The notes under the pieces: model-generated
Database searches by the model: none
What the model was told of the DNA's origin: nothing
Seen by the model: only the letters and a program-made list of their open reading frames with translations
Position numbers and translations under genes: made by a program
Assembly (NCBI GenBank): GCA_013239625.1
Contig: MU053652.1
Location: forward strand, 6,191,902 to 6,255,901
DNA from: Lama guanicoe
Lineage: Eukaryota
Reading direction: 5' to 3'
DNA: 64,000 nucleotides
Shown here: one piece after another, positions 38,166 to 52,880 of the stretch
How positions within the stretch are numbered: the stretch's first letter is position 1
Layout of the letters: every line of letters starts with the position of its first letter

Positions 38166-41100
38166 CTTTCTTGGTCCTGAGGTTAATTAAATGAATCAGA
38201 AAAAAATGAAGTACACAATTAAATGAATTCTATTATGATACAACTAATTATAATACTAATATACTATTTTTCCTTTTCTCTTTTTTTAACATGAGAGTAT
38301 AATACAGGATGAAAAGGTTTAATTTCAAGAGCTCATGGATTCTTACCCACTCCATGGAAACTCAGCTCCTGAGGCCGAGTAACTCTCTGGCTCTGGACTA
38401 AGACAAAGACATATTCAATATTGTACCCAAAATCTCAGAGCATCCTCATTCATACATTTAATTTTATACATTTAACGTTTTGTCACTTTATAATTGGTAC
38501 CTCATCTTTTTTCTTTATTAGGGTGTAATTCAGAAAACTAAGCTCAATCAAAAGACTATCCTATCAATATGGTGGCACTTAAAGTAAAACCCTTGGTGTC
38601 TACCTTTCAATATGAAGTGGCTGATTTCAGTGGGTGCTGCAGGTCCTTGGAAAGCTTCCCCACAGCATCCTCATCTCTCTGACACTCTCAGCATCATCTT
38701 TATGGTAAATGTCTCTGGTTTGTGATTCTGATCATTTTGCACTGAGCAGATTTCTTCTCTCTAACTAGTTCACATTTCATCCTTTTAATTAAAGTTAGAT
38801 ATGACTCCCAAATTAAGGTTTTTACACTGTTATCTTAAATATCTTTAAAATGTATGTCACATAGTCCAGAGTACCAGATATGACAAATCATCCCCATTTC
38901 CGGATTAATTCTGGATGCTTTGTTGATCTAATAGAGAATTTTCATTAGGAGATCTAAAGATTATAAATGATGTAAACCATTCCAATGAATGGACTGATAC
39001 GATGTCTTCACAGCACAGGACAGTTTGATTATCCCACCTAAGTACAGAGTCCTTGACCTACCACAACAGGATACAGCTACCTAATAGTCATGTCTGTCTG
39101 TCTGTCTATTTTTCAAACCTATTTTAGTTAGGATGAATCATCATAATTTCTAGAAAGAACAAAGAGGAAATGATTTAATTTGTCTCATGAACCAGTTATA
39201 CTGCTAGCACCTTTAGTAATAAAATATCAATATTCTCTGTATAATTAATACATAAAAATTTCAATACTTAAACCAGTAAGAATCTCTTGGTAAATGATTA
39301 GCCTCGTCAAGCAGACATGGTTTGTTCTTTTCACTCTTATCTTCTCAGTGTAGAAAATAAACCCAATAGAACCATCATTCTTATTCATTAAACTTGGGTG
39401 AATAAACACACACATGCATGAAGAAAATAAATGGTGGTGGCAGAAGCCTGCTCCCTGTCACCAAGCCAGCTATAATCCCCGCACGTTTTATATAAAATAA
39501 TAAACTAGTAAAGATGATACAGGGTTTGGCAAGATTGGATTAATTATTTTCTAGGGAAATTTGGGTATGAGGAGAAAAACAAGGTCTAGCCATAGAGAGA
39601 AAGCTTATAAATCCATCACAAATCTACAACAGATTGCTGGAAAAGAAAAGCTTGAGTTGGGCTATGTGTAAGCATAAACTAGTTTGAGAAAATCAATTAA
39701 AAAACTACTGGCTGTTGGAGACATATTCTTGTATAATTAAATATTTTAAACTCTTCATTGTTAAGATAAATTGCTCTTTGCATGATTTTTCTTCTTGTTA
39801 TCAGTATCATAGTCTCTTCATTTTCCTGATTTGGTTCATAAGAAATTTCTAATCATCATGATACAGAAAGCACATGCTCTATTAATATTGTCCCATTATT
39901 TTTGCACTTGATCTATTCAAGGCTCTCACAAAGCATAGATATTTCCATTAAGAGTTTTGAGGACTTGGCCATTATATTCTGTGCTAATTGTAAAAGAATT
40001 TCCAACCAATATTTATTCCCAAACTTTGGATTAGAACCCAGTTAGAGTCTGCCTTTGGCCCCCTGTATAACCTGTATTTAATTTTCATGTAAATTGGAAA
40101 ATTTAATATTGAGTGGGGTGGGCACTATTTCCAGGAAACAAGACTACATATTTGGCTCTTTTCCAAAATATCTAAGATTTTAAAATAATTGCACTTCTCT
40201 GTCTTATGTAAACGTTCTGGATGGTTTCTCTTGTTCTTTTTTTGGGAGAAGGGATATTAAGTGAATAATTTGATGTCTTATGTGTATAGGGCTTTTTTCT
40301 ATGCTGTAAAACAATTAAGGTGCTGTGCACAATTCTCACATGGTGTTTAAAGGTGAGATCCAGTTAGATAATAAATGATCTGACTAATAGTTCCATATAT
40401 TCCAGCAATATTCAGCTAAAGTCAATTTATGCATCCTGTGTTTTTCAAGTTTCCAACATATGGGGCTAAGAAAGGATGCTGTCAAAACATCCATAAACTC
40501 AGACATATGCAAACTGGTTAAGAAACGTTCTGCTGATATCATTCACACAGCTGGATTTTTAGGACCAACTGGATACTAACTAGCCAGTAAACAGTTTCTA
40601 ATGTAGTAAAAGTACCATAGACAGGATGAGACCCAAGTATTTACTAGAGCTCAAATGGTTAGTATTTGGGGAAAAAACCCAGCAGCTTTAAGCTGTCAAT
40701 TTTTTTCATGTTGTCTAGAATATGACATTTTGAACTCAATTTTGAGAGCAGATTTAACCTTAACTTTGGGGAAGAAAGGAATGACCTTCATAAGTTTTTT
40801 GTTTTTCCTAATTAAAGGCCACTATCCTAGTCCAGAAGGGAACGTTTAGAGGTAAAGATAAGCCAAATATTGATGGAAATAGGCATGGTAATGAAGAATT
40901 TGTTTTCTTTTAGATGAGGTTGCATCTGTGACACTGTTTACATCCAGGGAAATAAAAACAATGAAATAACATAAACAACAGAGGGATGCTCTTGTTCCCT
41001 CGCTAGGAACTTCGGAAAGGGTAAGAGTCTAGGCTTTAGGCAGGGTGACCTGAGAGAGGGGATCGCCGCTAAGTGGCTGGTGAACTGGCCTCTTGAAGTG

Positions 41101-42661
41101 ACAGTAGCCTTGGGCTGAGAGTCACCTCCATCCAGTAGGAGAACCTGCGAAGGTCCATGACTAGGAATATCTATCTTTTTCTTCTTCATTCAAGTTTTGC
41201 ATTTCTTTTATCTTTCTATTATGCCCAAGATGTGGAAAATTTTTCATAAAACTGATAGCCAGGTGTGATCACTTATTTGAAGAACTAAGAGAAGGTTTTG
41301 TGTTGTCGTTTAGGATGACACAGTATGGGAGAGAGACAGTATCTAAACTAGACAGAATGGAGGACTTAAGAAGATGGGAAATAAGAAACCATCAGGTTGC
41401 ATGTAACACAAATGCACTTACTAAGATTTCTCAAAAATAGAAAGAGGCAAAGACTTGGCTTCCTCTGACCAAATTGGATAGAAGCAATTTGGGCATTAAA
41501 AGATGATCTCTGAAGGCTAGAGAAGACCAGTTATGTAGGAATGTCTGGCTAAAGAGATAAATTGTTTAAAATGAGCTACACTGTTTGTTTTCCAAAAAAA
41601 GGTCACTGCTTAAGTGAAAAAGAGCTAGTGTATAGTTAGTTGATGTTTAATAAATGTTATTTATTGAGCTAAATTAAAAAAATATAATCATGTTGAGTTT
41701 TGATATTAGTGATTTATGTGAAAAATACATTTTAATCACACATATTAGTTGTGAGACACAAATACATGGAGCCCAGTAAGTAAGCATTCTGTGATTAATT
41801 GATTCAAAGACTCAGTTTAAAGGGAATGGGACTAAAAGTATACCCTACAGAGCTTAAGGCCTTAGGACACAAGGCTGCACTGATAAAAACAAAGCTAAGT
41901 GATTAATCAATCCAATGAATTAGATTAATGCAGCCAGTCAACCTGAATATGGAAAAAACTCTTTTTATTTTTCTCAATAGCAAATATTTTTGTCTACAAT
42001 TATTCTTAATCATTCAAATAATTGCATTAGCTATTTTACTCTGCTTCTGTGAGTGACTTTTATTGAATTATTTTATTTTTTTTCTCTGTAGGTTAGGTAT
42101 TTAATTTTTGAAGGTTTTCTACCATATGTCCTGTCTTTTTTGGTGGTCATCCAAAAATTGTTCTTTTTCCATAAAATATGTATCATTTCAATTATCTCAT
42201 GTTTTTTCCCTTCTTTGACGATAACCAACCATAGATTGTGACCTTGATTTTTCCTGTCTTCAGTCTCACTTTATCTCCTCCATAAAATTTTCATTTACTT
42301 TGTCTATACATTTATCTTAATTAGCCTTCAGTTCCTTCAATTAAGTATATCTCTATCAATGTTTGCTGTGACCAGGACAAGTGGTGGATAACAGTGCTAT
42401 TTTAAGTAAGCATGAGTCAGATAACCGCAGCCCCAGGAAAGCTATGTCTTTTTCTCCTCCTTGAAAGTCCAAGGACCCAGAGGACAAATGAAGTCATTAG
42501 AATGAGAGCTGTACCTTCCCAGCAGAGGCAGGGTCCAGAGATGTTCCTCAAGTTCATTTATTTGGTCATCAGGAAAGTCCTCTGTTGCTGTGATGATAAT
42601 AAGATAAGCCAAGTGCTTAAATAACATTAACTGAAAAGGAGATATTTATGAAGGAACCCTT

Positions 42662-43258
42662 TGTAAGCAGCTTTTGATAGGAAAGAGCTCTTTGAAGGAA
42701 AGAGCTCTGGGCAGGAGGCCCCTCTTGTCCTGGCACTAACCTTAAATCAGGCGCCCCCGTGCTCTACTCATCTCCAGCCCTAGCACACCTTTCAAATCTT
42801 TTGATCACACAGTACCTTGCCTAACATGTTGATTGTTTCCTAGATCAAAGAAGCAGAAATGGAGAATAAGTAATTAACAGATGACCAGATCTCTTTCCTA
42901 GCTCCCAACCCCCCACCCCTCACTGCCCTTGGGTGGTAATCTCACAAATATAGTGTGTGAACAAGCTAGCATCTAAAGAAAAGATCAGAAGTCTTGACAA
43001 GCCTGCACACAGTGGCGGATGGCGATGATGACTCTGACTCCTTATCTCAATGATTAACTGAGATTACTTCTCCTTTTCCCTTTAAAACTTTCATGGCTGA
43101 GCAGAATCTTCAGAAATGGTCTTTGGGGGACACTGGAGGACACCATCTCCCCAGACTGTCAGAATTCTGACTAAAAGCAACTTTCCTTTCTACCAATTTA
43201 TGTCTCTCTCAAGTATTGACTTTTGAGCGGTGACCTTCTGGACCTGAATTCGGTAACA
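42662..43258 (+). mobile_element. ERV1-like solo LTR (5' boundary uncertain)
   Basis: TATA-like ccctttaaaa near 43078, poly(A)-like actaaaagcaactttcctttc near 43170, and a U5 end ending ttttgagcggtga...cctgaattcggtaaCA. Confidence 0.7.
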
Positions 43259-45809
43259 TCTCCAGATTTTTTTAAAAAATATATCACTTATTTTGAGCAG
43301 ATTATAAGGTAGATTTATGACAATTCAGTCATGTAGAAATTTTAAAAATAAGAGAGTCTTTGCTTTAGTTAAGAAAATGTTTTAGCCTAGAGAGGAAATA
43401 ATCCAGCACTTAATAGTATTTGGTTTTCCTTTTTCTCTTGTTTGCATGGAAATGAAGAGAGTCATATTAAGAAGAAGTAGGAATTCCCCCTGCCCCACGG
43501 TCATAAAGCTCTTGCAGGAGAAACTTCTTCCCAAATGGAGAGAATATGGTTTATAGACGGAAAATGTTTCTGATAGTGAAACATAAATACATTTAGACAT
43601 TCACACATAACTTTTCTTAATCTAGATAATTTTGCTCATATTCTATTTTACTTTCTCTGCAATCTATATGATTAGTTGATCCATCTCTGCTTTTGTACTT
43701 TATAAGATTCTTGAAGAAATGCTGTTTGCTTTATTACGATAAATAGTGATTCTCTAACTTTCATAAATTTTTTCTTTCTTACAGAATAAAACTGTTGCTC
43801 AATATATCCAGCTAACTCCCATCATTTGTTAAAAAAAAATAAATATAAGTAACAGAGAGATACAAGAGAGAAGAAATACACAGGTTTACCAGAAACATCT
43901 TTTTGAATAGCAAACTAAGGCCACAGATTTTTGTTTTTTTTTAAGCAAACCCATCGTCAGATTTTAAAGCTGCAGATCAAAAAGGATTTCTCTCAGTCTC
44001 TTTATTTTTAACCAGTGTAGAATTTGAAGCCCAGAGGTCTTAAAATACTTGCCCTAAGGTGTTGGATCCAGTACAATCAGCTGTAGAGTGTTTACCTGAC
44101 CTGAAGCTTAGCTCTAGAAGGGTGACTAAGAGCGAGTTAGGACTTATTGTATGTTAAACTTCAACCTGAACCTCTGGTACTGAGGACATCCTCCTTTCAA
44201 GGTTCCAAAGGGGGAGTGGGGTCAAGACTCCTCCTTTTTCCTCAGTTACTTAATCGCTGTTTCTCCCTGTCCCAGCCTATGCCAGGGGTATGTGTGTGAT
44301 AAGCCTGTACCCCCATATCTGCCTCTTTTACATCCTCTCTACTATGCCTTTTCATCCTTTTTTTTTTTTTCTTGGCCTTTCACCTACACCTTAGCCTCCT
44401 CTTCCCTTTGATCAGCAGGCCTGGTGACCTCATGGTCCCAGACACCACTTCATTCATTACTGGAGAACTCTGTGAATTGAGTGTTTCAGATTTCACCGTT
44501 AGCGTCCAGAATGTTATAAAAGAAACTGGAAAAATCTTCTCTTGAGAAAAATATCCTTGTTTAGAGGGCCATTGTTTCACTGCAAAAGCCTATTTTGAGT
44601 GTCAAAAGCCAACTATTACTTCACTTCTTCCTCTAAGTACTCCTAGTAATAAACCTAATGAAGCCTCAGAAAGATGATGCCATGGGTGACTGTCAGAAAA
44701 ATGCAGTAAAGAAAGCAGGTAAAAAATTTTCAACACAGAATTCTGATCACCTTTATTTTGTAAGTAAACAGATAACCCAGGAAGAAATCACAAGGGAGGA
44801 GGAGTCTATAGCTAACACGATACTGCAGGCAGTCACCAACTTACGACAAAAGCCTCGTAGAATCTCTACATACCATCAATCAGAAGTTACAGGGTCCTCA
44901 CAGAGAATATATTTGATCACAGATTACATTGCTTCTGGAGTTATGCCTAGGAACCATCAGAGAAATTGGGAATCAAATAGATCTGAGACACAGTTTGGGT
45001 ATCTGGAGAGACCGAGAGGTATCTTTCTACCTGAGAAATTGCATAACCTTGTACAGAGAACTGAAACCTCCTGAATGGATCAGGTATGGTGGGGGGACTT
45101 GAATGGTTTCTCCCAGTTCTGTCATTCTGAGAACCTCTCATTTTTATGACATTTATGGTAGAGACAAATTGCAAGAGAAAGCTCACTTAGAATGAAAAAA
45201 ATCAAAGGCTTGCAACAACTCAAAGAACATTCTCTGTCTTGGCTTCACCTCTTCCTGGGTTTTTAGCAACTACAAGTAATCAAAGCCATTTTCAGGCTTT
45301 TATGTACGCTTTCATTACTGTCCTATGCTTTGTCATTCTCGCTGTAGAAAGCAAAATGCATTTACCTGATCTGTGGACTGACACACGGTAACCAATACCT
45401 AAATATCAATGACCCTTTGGGAGAACAAGGAAAGGCTTAATATGTGAGGATCACGCAATTGGTTTAACATTATTTTCTCATCCTACATACTCACTGGGAT
45501 TTCAGCTGTAATTTGTTAGTTTTGAATCAGGGATATTTTGTACCATGATTCATTTGATGCACCTAAATTCTACAAAGGCATGATTTAGCCTTTTTTACTT
45601 AGGCAAGCAAAAGATAATGTAATAAAGATGATCTGGAAACTTATCAGGAAAATAGAAACTGCACATTCACGAAAGCACCTTAGTGGGTATCTTATTATGA
45701 TGAAGAGTTCAAATGACAAGGCCAGCTCCTCTTAAACCTTGCAAAGAACAGTTTTTCTTCAGCTAGCATTAATTTTAAGAGATGTTAAAAACTTTGAACC
45801 TAGACTCTA

Positions 45810-45900
45810 ATTCATTCAACAGATATTTATTGAGCACTTGCTACTTGATAGTCTGTTTTGATCTTTAGAGACATAGAAGGAAAACTAAAGCAGGTAATCA
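45810..45900 (-). mobile_element. L2 3' end fragment
   Basis: ttcattcaacagatatttattgagcacttgctac. Confidence 0.75.
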
Positions 45901-47042
45901 GTCTGGAAATAAGAACTCAGTTCTGGGTAACTGCACTGGGACCATGTTACCCAGGACAGAAAACGTCAAGGAAACAAAAACGGTGATTTCCTGCTTTATT
46001 TATGGGTGTTACCATGGAGTTGCTTTTACTAATCTATAGAAATTCTTTTTCTTTTTTAAGTTTTAAAATGTAAATGAGACAGATACAGAAGAATATACAA
46101 CACAGACAAAAAGCTTAATAAATTATAAGACCAACATGCTGGTAAACACCATACATGTCAAGAAAATGAACTATGCCTAAAACACCAGAAGGCCCTGTGT
46201 GTGTCCCACCTCATCAGCATCAGTTTTCTCCTCACAGACATCTTCTTTACCTTCTTTACTTTTACAGTAATCATCTCTTTGCATTTCTTCAGAGTTTCAT
46301 CCCCTAGATATTCTAGGGAGTAGCACAGAGCCTTGCAAATTGCATGCAATCAATAAATTCCTAAACAAGTTAAGTCACTGGTGATTTATTCCTCAAGTAT
46401 ACATGCCGAGAAACTGTATTTAATTTTTTCTGCTCTTAGTTTTTTGAGGTGGTTTTTGGATATGTCACTTATGTCACTATTACTTTACCTTTTTTCATTC
46501 TATGCTTACTTTTTCTTACAATTTATTTATTTTTTTGAAAAATCTAAGTCCATCTGACCTGTAGTTTTGGATACACTTCTACCCTCTGTATTTCCCACAA
46601 TTTGTCAGCTGATGCAGAGGTCTGATTAGACTCAGGCTCAGTCCCTTTGGCAACACTGCAGGTTATACTGTGGTCTTGTATTAGAGGTCACATGCTGCTT
46701 AGTTGTCCTTCTTTCTGTGAGATGAGCACTTGTGAACGTGTGAATGCTGTGACTAGATCCATTAATTTGATAGGAGTTATGCAATGGTGATATTCCATTG
46801 CTGTCATTTATTTTTTCACTTACAGGATGGAATAATTCTATACATAGAGGCTCTCCTTCAACTATTATTTTGGTACCCAATCATCCTGGTAAGGGAAGAT
46901 AAATGTTTCATTTTTTTCCTTTTATTTCCCACTTCCCACACTAATAATTTGTTCTCAAACACTTCCTGCAAGAAACCAATTAGTTATTTTATCCTTTTTT
47001 TGGAACCATCATCAACTCATGGATTTAAACATATTTAATGAG

Positions 47043-47400
47043 TGTCTTAGTCTGATTGGGCTGTTGTAATAAAATACAAAAGACTGAATGGCTTGTAAAC
47101 AACAAAAATTTATTTCTCCAGTTCTGGATGCTGGAAGTCCACGATCAGGGGGTCAGTATAAGCAGGCTCCGGTGAAAGTTCTCCTCTGGCTCATATACTG
47201 AAGACACATTTTGTGTCCTCACATGGTGGAAAGGGGCTAGCTCTCTGGAGTCGCCATTACAAGGGCACTAAATCCATTCACGACAGCTCCACCCTCTTGA
47301 CTTAATGGCCTTCCAAAGGCCCTACCTCCTAGTACCATCACAGTAGGTGAGTTAGGACTTCAGCATATGAATTTTAGGAAGGCCCATTCAGTCTCTAACA
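47043..47400 (-). mobile_element. MaLR solo LTR (MLT1A-like)
   Basis: TGtcttagtc...tggcttgtaaacaacaaaaatttatttctc...ttctggatgctggaagtcc...cattcagtctctaaCA, with 5-bp flanks atgag and atggg. Confidence 0.92.
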
Positions 47401-47469
47401 ATGGGTTTCAATTCCTTGCTATGATTATCCCAATAGGAGCCCAAATGGTCCCACATTTGACCTGCAGGA

Positions 47470-47764
47470 ACCTTACTCACCCGTCTGGCTTTTGGTGCTG
47501 TCAAGCTGGGTGATGACTATGGTTGGGTCATATGTCTGTCATCATAAATTAGGCTAACCCAGACTTCATCACGATGCTCATAAAGTTCTGAAGAGCAGCA
47601 AGGGATGGCACAGTTCAATGTGTAAGTATTTATTAATTTTCTGCTTGAGTAATATTTTCTTTTGTCTCATTAGCCAAAGCCTAGTCTCATGGAGAGAGAA
47701 CTACCTCAGACTGAAAAACGGTGACAAAGAATCATTGGGCCATTTTTGCAAACAATCTACCACA
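47470..47764 (-). mobile_element. Older MaLR LTR fragment (MLT1J/K/L-like)
   Basis: ttgtctcattagccaaagc...ttgggccatttttgcaaacaatctaccaca. Confidence 0.6.
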
Positions 47765-50499
47765 TACCCAATTGTCTTTCACTTACATATCACATACCCT
47801 TTTAGCCTAGATCCCTAAAGCATTTTGTTTTGTTTTGTTTTTTTAAAATTCAGTAATTTTACCAGTTACGTCTTGGTATTAGTCAATATTCCCTGGTATG
47901 CAGAGCGTATGCAGTTTCACAAATGTTTAGTTAATTTCAGGGAAGTTTTCTTTAATTATAATTTTTAGCATTTCCTGTCTTGCTTTGGTTTCCTTCAGGT
48001 ACTTGTATTATCTGTATACTAAATCTTTTTTCCCCCCATGTATCTTCAATACATGTTTTTGCTCTTGAATCATTTTTATCTATATATTTCATTTTAATTC
48101 TTAATATATTCTTTTCAGTTTTATTTCTCTAAAGTCATTATCTATTTTGTTCATTTGCTCTCTCATTCTTTCTAATTTATTCTTCATTTCTGAATTTTCT
48201 CCTTTATTTTGTAATTCTTTCCTTAGTTCTGTTACCTTATTTAAATATTTTGAAATTTTGATTTATGTCATTCTTCTATGCTTTGAATTATTTCTTAATG
48301 TCTTTTAGCTTATTAGATTACTGTCTTAATTTCATAGATGTGTTCTTTATTTTTTTCATATAGCAACATTATATGGAATTTAATTTCAATCCTTTTTCTT
48401 GCTCATTTTTCCATAAAAAAATTAGTTCCCCAAGGTTTTGGAGAGAGGTGGTGTTCCCAACAGCTTTCTGAGAATTCTGCTCTCTGCGATTTTCCCTTCT
48501 CTATTTTTATCTGAATCTTCTCTTCCTTCCTTTCTATTACCACCATTATGCTTAATTTCAATCATATTCCAGAAGTCTCTTCCCATTGTTCATCCCTGTC
48601 CAAGAAGGCAGCCTTGGCTACTCAGTTTTGAGAGTTCACAGGATCTAGACTGCTCCAGCTTTCACACTCTACAATAAGCCTCTTGTGTACCAGTTACAGG
48701 ATTCATACACGCCCCTCCTTTTTTAAGCTGCTGTCCATAGTTTGGCCTGATGTGCATTTCAGTGCAGCAGGTTGGCTGTTACGGACTTTTCCTGTTCTTA
48801 GATCCTTCCTGTACCTCAAAATCTTTCTGCTCGTTCCCACACAGATGCTAATACAGTGAGCATCTTGAGTCTGGGGGTGATATTTTCCCTCCCCCACTTG
48901 TATTTTAGAGTTCAGGGAGGATACCGTGTCACCCAGTTAACTGTAAATGCTTTGGGGTTTTGCTATTTGGTTACTCTAACTGTTCCCACAAAGATTTTTA
49001 GGGAGACTCTCAAACTCCGCAGCACAGGCTCTTTCCAGATTACCTCACACTCCTCAGCTTTTTATTTTCCCCACTTCTTCATTCCCTCCTCCATGCTAAG
49101 CCCCAAATCATCTAACACTGCTATTTGCCCCCTCATACGTTACTTCTTCAACCTAGCATCACTAACTATGCATCTGAGGTCATAGTCTATTATCCTGATT
49201 TTTAAAAAATAAACACAAGTTGACTGATTATAGATGATTTCTTCCCACAAGCCTAAAGCGTGGTGTACTAGAAGCTCAGTAAGAATGACTTCGGATGATT
49301 ACTGACACTGTGCAAAGCCCTTTGGCATTTGGAAGTGTTATAAAAGATGATAAAAATTGGTCTGAAGACCAGCATATCAGGGAAGTGTTGATGTATTTCC
49401 TAGATGGACAAAATAGGAACTGGGGCACAACTTTCTCTAACCCAACTCCAAAGTATTTGTTCTGATTAAATAATACACAATAAAGAAAAAAACCCTCTCC
49501 TTTGCCAGTGAAATTTCACAATGTTCTTTTACACAGTCCCATTCCAATACAACGTGAATACGAAACATGTAAAACATGTCATGACAACGGAGAAACTTTG
49601 TCTGGGTTAGAGACATTTGTTAATTTTCCATAGTGAACTTTGCTCTTCTTTCGCTTTCAAAGGGCTGGGTTTGCACTAAAGGATGTGGAGTTTTAGCCTG
49701 ATCCTCTGGGGAACCAGTCATAACTGTCTGTAATAACAAGCCAGGCTTAGGCACGTTATCTGAAATCACGGGGCAAAGGGAATCTAACTAGTACATACTA
49801 GGTACTTGACTCCCATGAACACCAAAATCTAATAAAGTGAACTTACTGAAACACAAGTAATTTTTAAAAGAATAATCAGCATGTTATCTTTAATGCAAGA
49901 ACTGGTTACATGTTTATTCATTTAAAAGTAAGTGACACACTTCTGTTTGCACCAGGAGAAAGTGGTCCATGCTGAATTCAAATTAAGTATTGCAAGCCTC
50001 ATGTTTATAGATAGTTTCTTAATTAATGAAAATTGCCAGGAACCAGTCTTTGATCTAAAACCTGTCAGCCTGCATTGAATTACAATGTAATTTGCTTTCT
50101 CTATCCCAAAATGACCAGTTTGTGCTATAACATGATCTTTTAATAATGTGAAGTAACTGATCAAACAAAATTTGATTTGTTTGATGAACAGATAACAAAA
50201 ATAGTGCAGCAGTATTTTTTTTCTTGGAAAGAGAATTGAAATGCCTTTCGGCTGACGAAGTTGCCTTAGATAGATGTACATTTCCAGTGTCCCAGCATCC
50301 AAGCAGTTAACAGTAGTGAGAATCAAAGGCCCAGAGAAAGAGTACCTAATCATAATTATTTTATTTTGAGGGGCAAAACCGGGGCAAAGTCAAACATCAT
50401 GTGGTTTTGTAATCTATTTGAAACACATGCATTGATAAAGCTGTTTTGAAGTCAATATTTGTTTATTTCAGTGTAACTACAGTACTTTGGAATTTTCTG

Positions 50500-50530
<31 letters not shown>

Positions 50531-50532
50531 CG
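50500..50532. repeat. (TG)n microsatellite
   Basis: (tg)13 followed by cgtgcg. Confidence 0.95.
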
Positions 50533-51489
50533 TCTGGGAAAGGGAGGATGTATAGATGGGGAGTAAGACTGCTGTAACAAATAAATGATCCTTCCCCTCA
50601 TAACACTGTCACTTTTGTTGCCAGGATAGATAGTTATAACTCAAATGACCACTCCCTATAGCAGCAGCTAAAGTTCCAGAACGGCTGAAACTGCAGATTA
50701 TGAAAAAGCGCGTTGTGAATGACAGCAGGAAGGGTTCATGACGTAGTGTAATGTCAAAAAGCACTGGCCAGAAATAATGTCGAAAGGCTTAGGTTTAAGT
50801 CGTAATATGCTTACTTATTTACGTTAGATTTTCCCAGTAATCTGTACTCTTCCCACGCGTACTAAATTTCTTGTGCAACTAATTTACCAAATTCTGTGAT
50901 CTACTCTGCTCAATCACTCATTCTCACCTGTACTATTCGCTCCCTTTGACTGAAGAAAAACAGTAAGTTAAATCTCTATTATAGTCTTAGAACAAGGATT
51001 CCCATGTAAGAACTTGCTAAAAACCTAACAGTTTAAGCTCTTTATTTTGGATTAGTGTCCAAACTTACAGTGAAGAGAAATTTATGGTATCTTCCCTTTG
51101 AGAACTGTCTCATGGATTGCCTTGGATGTTAAATATGCAAAGCAATGTTTGTTTACCTCAAGTTTTAGTGTGTTTTATTACAGATATAACAATCCCATAT
51201 AAGAAACAAATGAATTATAAATTTAAATAAGTTAAACAAATTACTGAAATCATTTTTTCTAAAATTATCTTCTATCCTATCAAAAATAGTTTATTTAGCA
51301 TCCTCAAAATTATACCCTCCTCCTCCACATACTCTGGGAATATTTGCAAAAATATATTCAATTTCCTCTAATTTCTTCCCTTATTATACCACTGCCTTGT
51401 CTGAAGTCATCAAAGGCCTCTTGTCAATCAAATAAAGTGGACTTTTTTCAATACATCTCTTATATTAACTCACACTATTAATAATCCTC

Positions 51490-52880
51490 TTGTTCATCCA
51501 TTTCTTCAGCAAATAGCTGAGAGCCCTCTCTACAGCAGACATGATCCTGGGTACCAGGGATAAGGTGAGGATCAAAACAAAAGATTCTCTATCCCCATGA
51601 TGCTAAAGTTTGGAAGACAGGAAAAATTAATCCATAATAAAATATCAGGTATTGAAAAGTACTATAAAGAAAAATAAAGCAGAGTAAGGGGAGAGTAAAT
51701 GGCCTTTAGGAGGGCTTTGTCTGGTGGTGTAATCTGATCTGGCACCCGAATTAAGTGAGGGAGTAAACAGGATGAACACCTGGGGGAAAGTATTTTTAGG
51801 CAGCAGGACAAATAGGGGCTTTAAAGGAGGAATGTATATCGACATTTTTAGAAAGTTAGTTGAATGGAGGGAGGGTGGTTGGAAATTAGAGCAAAAGGTA
51901 GCTAAGAGTTGGATTATACAAGGTGTGAAACCACAGTAGATTCTTTGCTTTTATGGTATATGCTATGGGACAATTTTATGCAGGGAGAGGCAAGATCAAG
52001 AGGGTCATTTCAGAAAGGGTATCTTTGGTTGTTATATACAGTCAGCTGTGTGTGTCTGTGTGTGTGGTGGAATGAGCGTGGCAAGAGCAGACACTGGCAG
52101 ACCAGGTAGAATATGGTGTCAGTAATCCAGGTTATTTATTATGAGGACCTAGACTAGACACGAGGACCTAGACTAGGAGAGGGGCAGCAAATGTGGTAAG
52201 AAGATCTGATTTCACAATATAGTTTGAATGTATAACTGAAGAACTTTAATGGAGTAGATGAAGAACGTGAAAAAAAAAAAGAGGCAACAGGAATGATTTC
52301 AATGTTTTTGATCTGAGCATCTGGGTTAATGTTGGTGACAATCTATTCACATAGAGAAACTGAATCAGAAACAGAGTAGGGAAAAATTAAGAGTGTATTA
52401 GACATATAAGTGGAGATATTAAATAGGAAGTTGGATAAAAGTCTTGTGTAATGATAGAAGTTGGATCTGGAATAGTAAAAATTGGGAGTCAGGAGTTTCC
52501 AAACTGTATTTAAAATTATGAATCTGAATGGAATAACCAGGGATTGAGTGTAGATGAGAAGAGGTCCCAAAACAGAGTACTGGTTGGAAAGAGAAGGAAT
52601 ATCCCATGAAGTCTATTGAAAAAGTGAGGACCATGAGACAGCAAGAGAACAATGATGTGTCCCTCCCAGAGGCCAAGCAAAGAAAGTTTTGCAAGAGTGA
52701 ACTGTGTCAAGTGCTTTGAGAAAGTCAAGGAAGATGAACACTAGAATTTATCTTTGGATTTGGCAATACTAAATCATTCACGACTTTGACATGAATCATT
52801 TTGTTCAAATGTAGGAAACAAATGCTTGCTTGGGGTAGGTTCAGGAGAGAATGATCAGTGATGGGATGAACAGCATTTAA
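51490..52880 (-). mobile_element. L2 LINE, long degraded fragment
   Basis: ttcatccatttcttcagcaaata..., tgggggaaagtatttttaggcagcagg, aggaatgatttcaatgtttttgatctgagca, aagtggagatattaaataggaagttggata, cagaggccaagcaaagaaagtttt, ttggatttggcaa. Confidence 0.88.

Larger units (their letters stand above)
46050..48990 (-). mobile_element. Old L1 (L1MC/ME-like) fragments, interrupted by two MaLR LTRs
   Basis: T-rich reverse L1 text (gcttaataaattataagaccaacatgctggtaaacacca, catggatttaaacatattt|...|tttcaattccttgc, ttcttctaatttattcttcatttctgaa). Boundaries approximate. Confidence 0.65.

Noticed and set aside
44658..45074. 138-aa ORF on the + strand
   Set aside because: No recognisable domain, splice context or promoter. 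The length is within chance expectation for 64 kb in six frames.
49922..50353. 143-aa ORF on the - strand
   Set aside because: Composition is typical of translated AT-rich non-coding DNA, with no recognisable homology.
52143..52176. Short tandem duplication gaggacctagactag x2 (similarly atttaaatattatg x2 at 22156-22186)
   Set aside because: These are ordinary slippage-type micro-duplications. With only two copies and no spacer series, they are not CRISPR-like.
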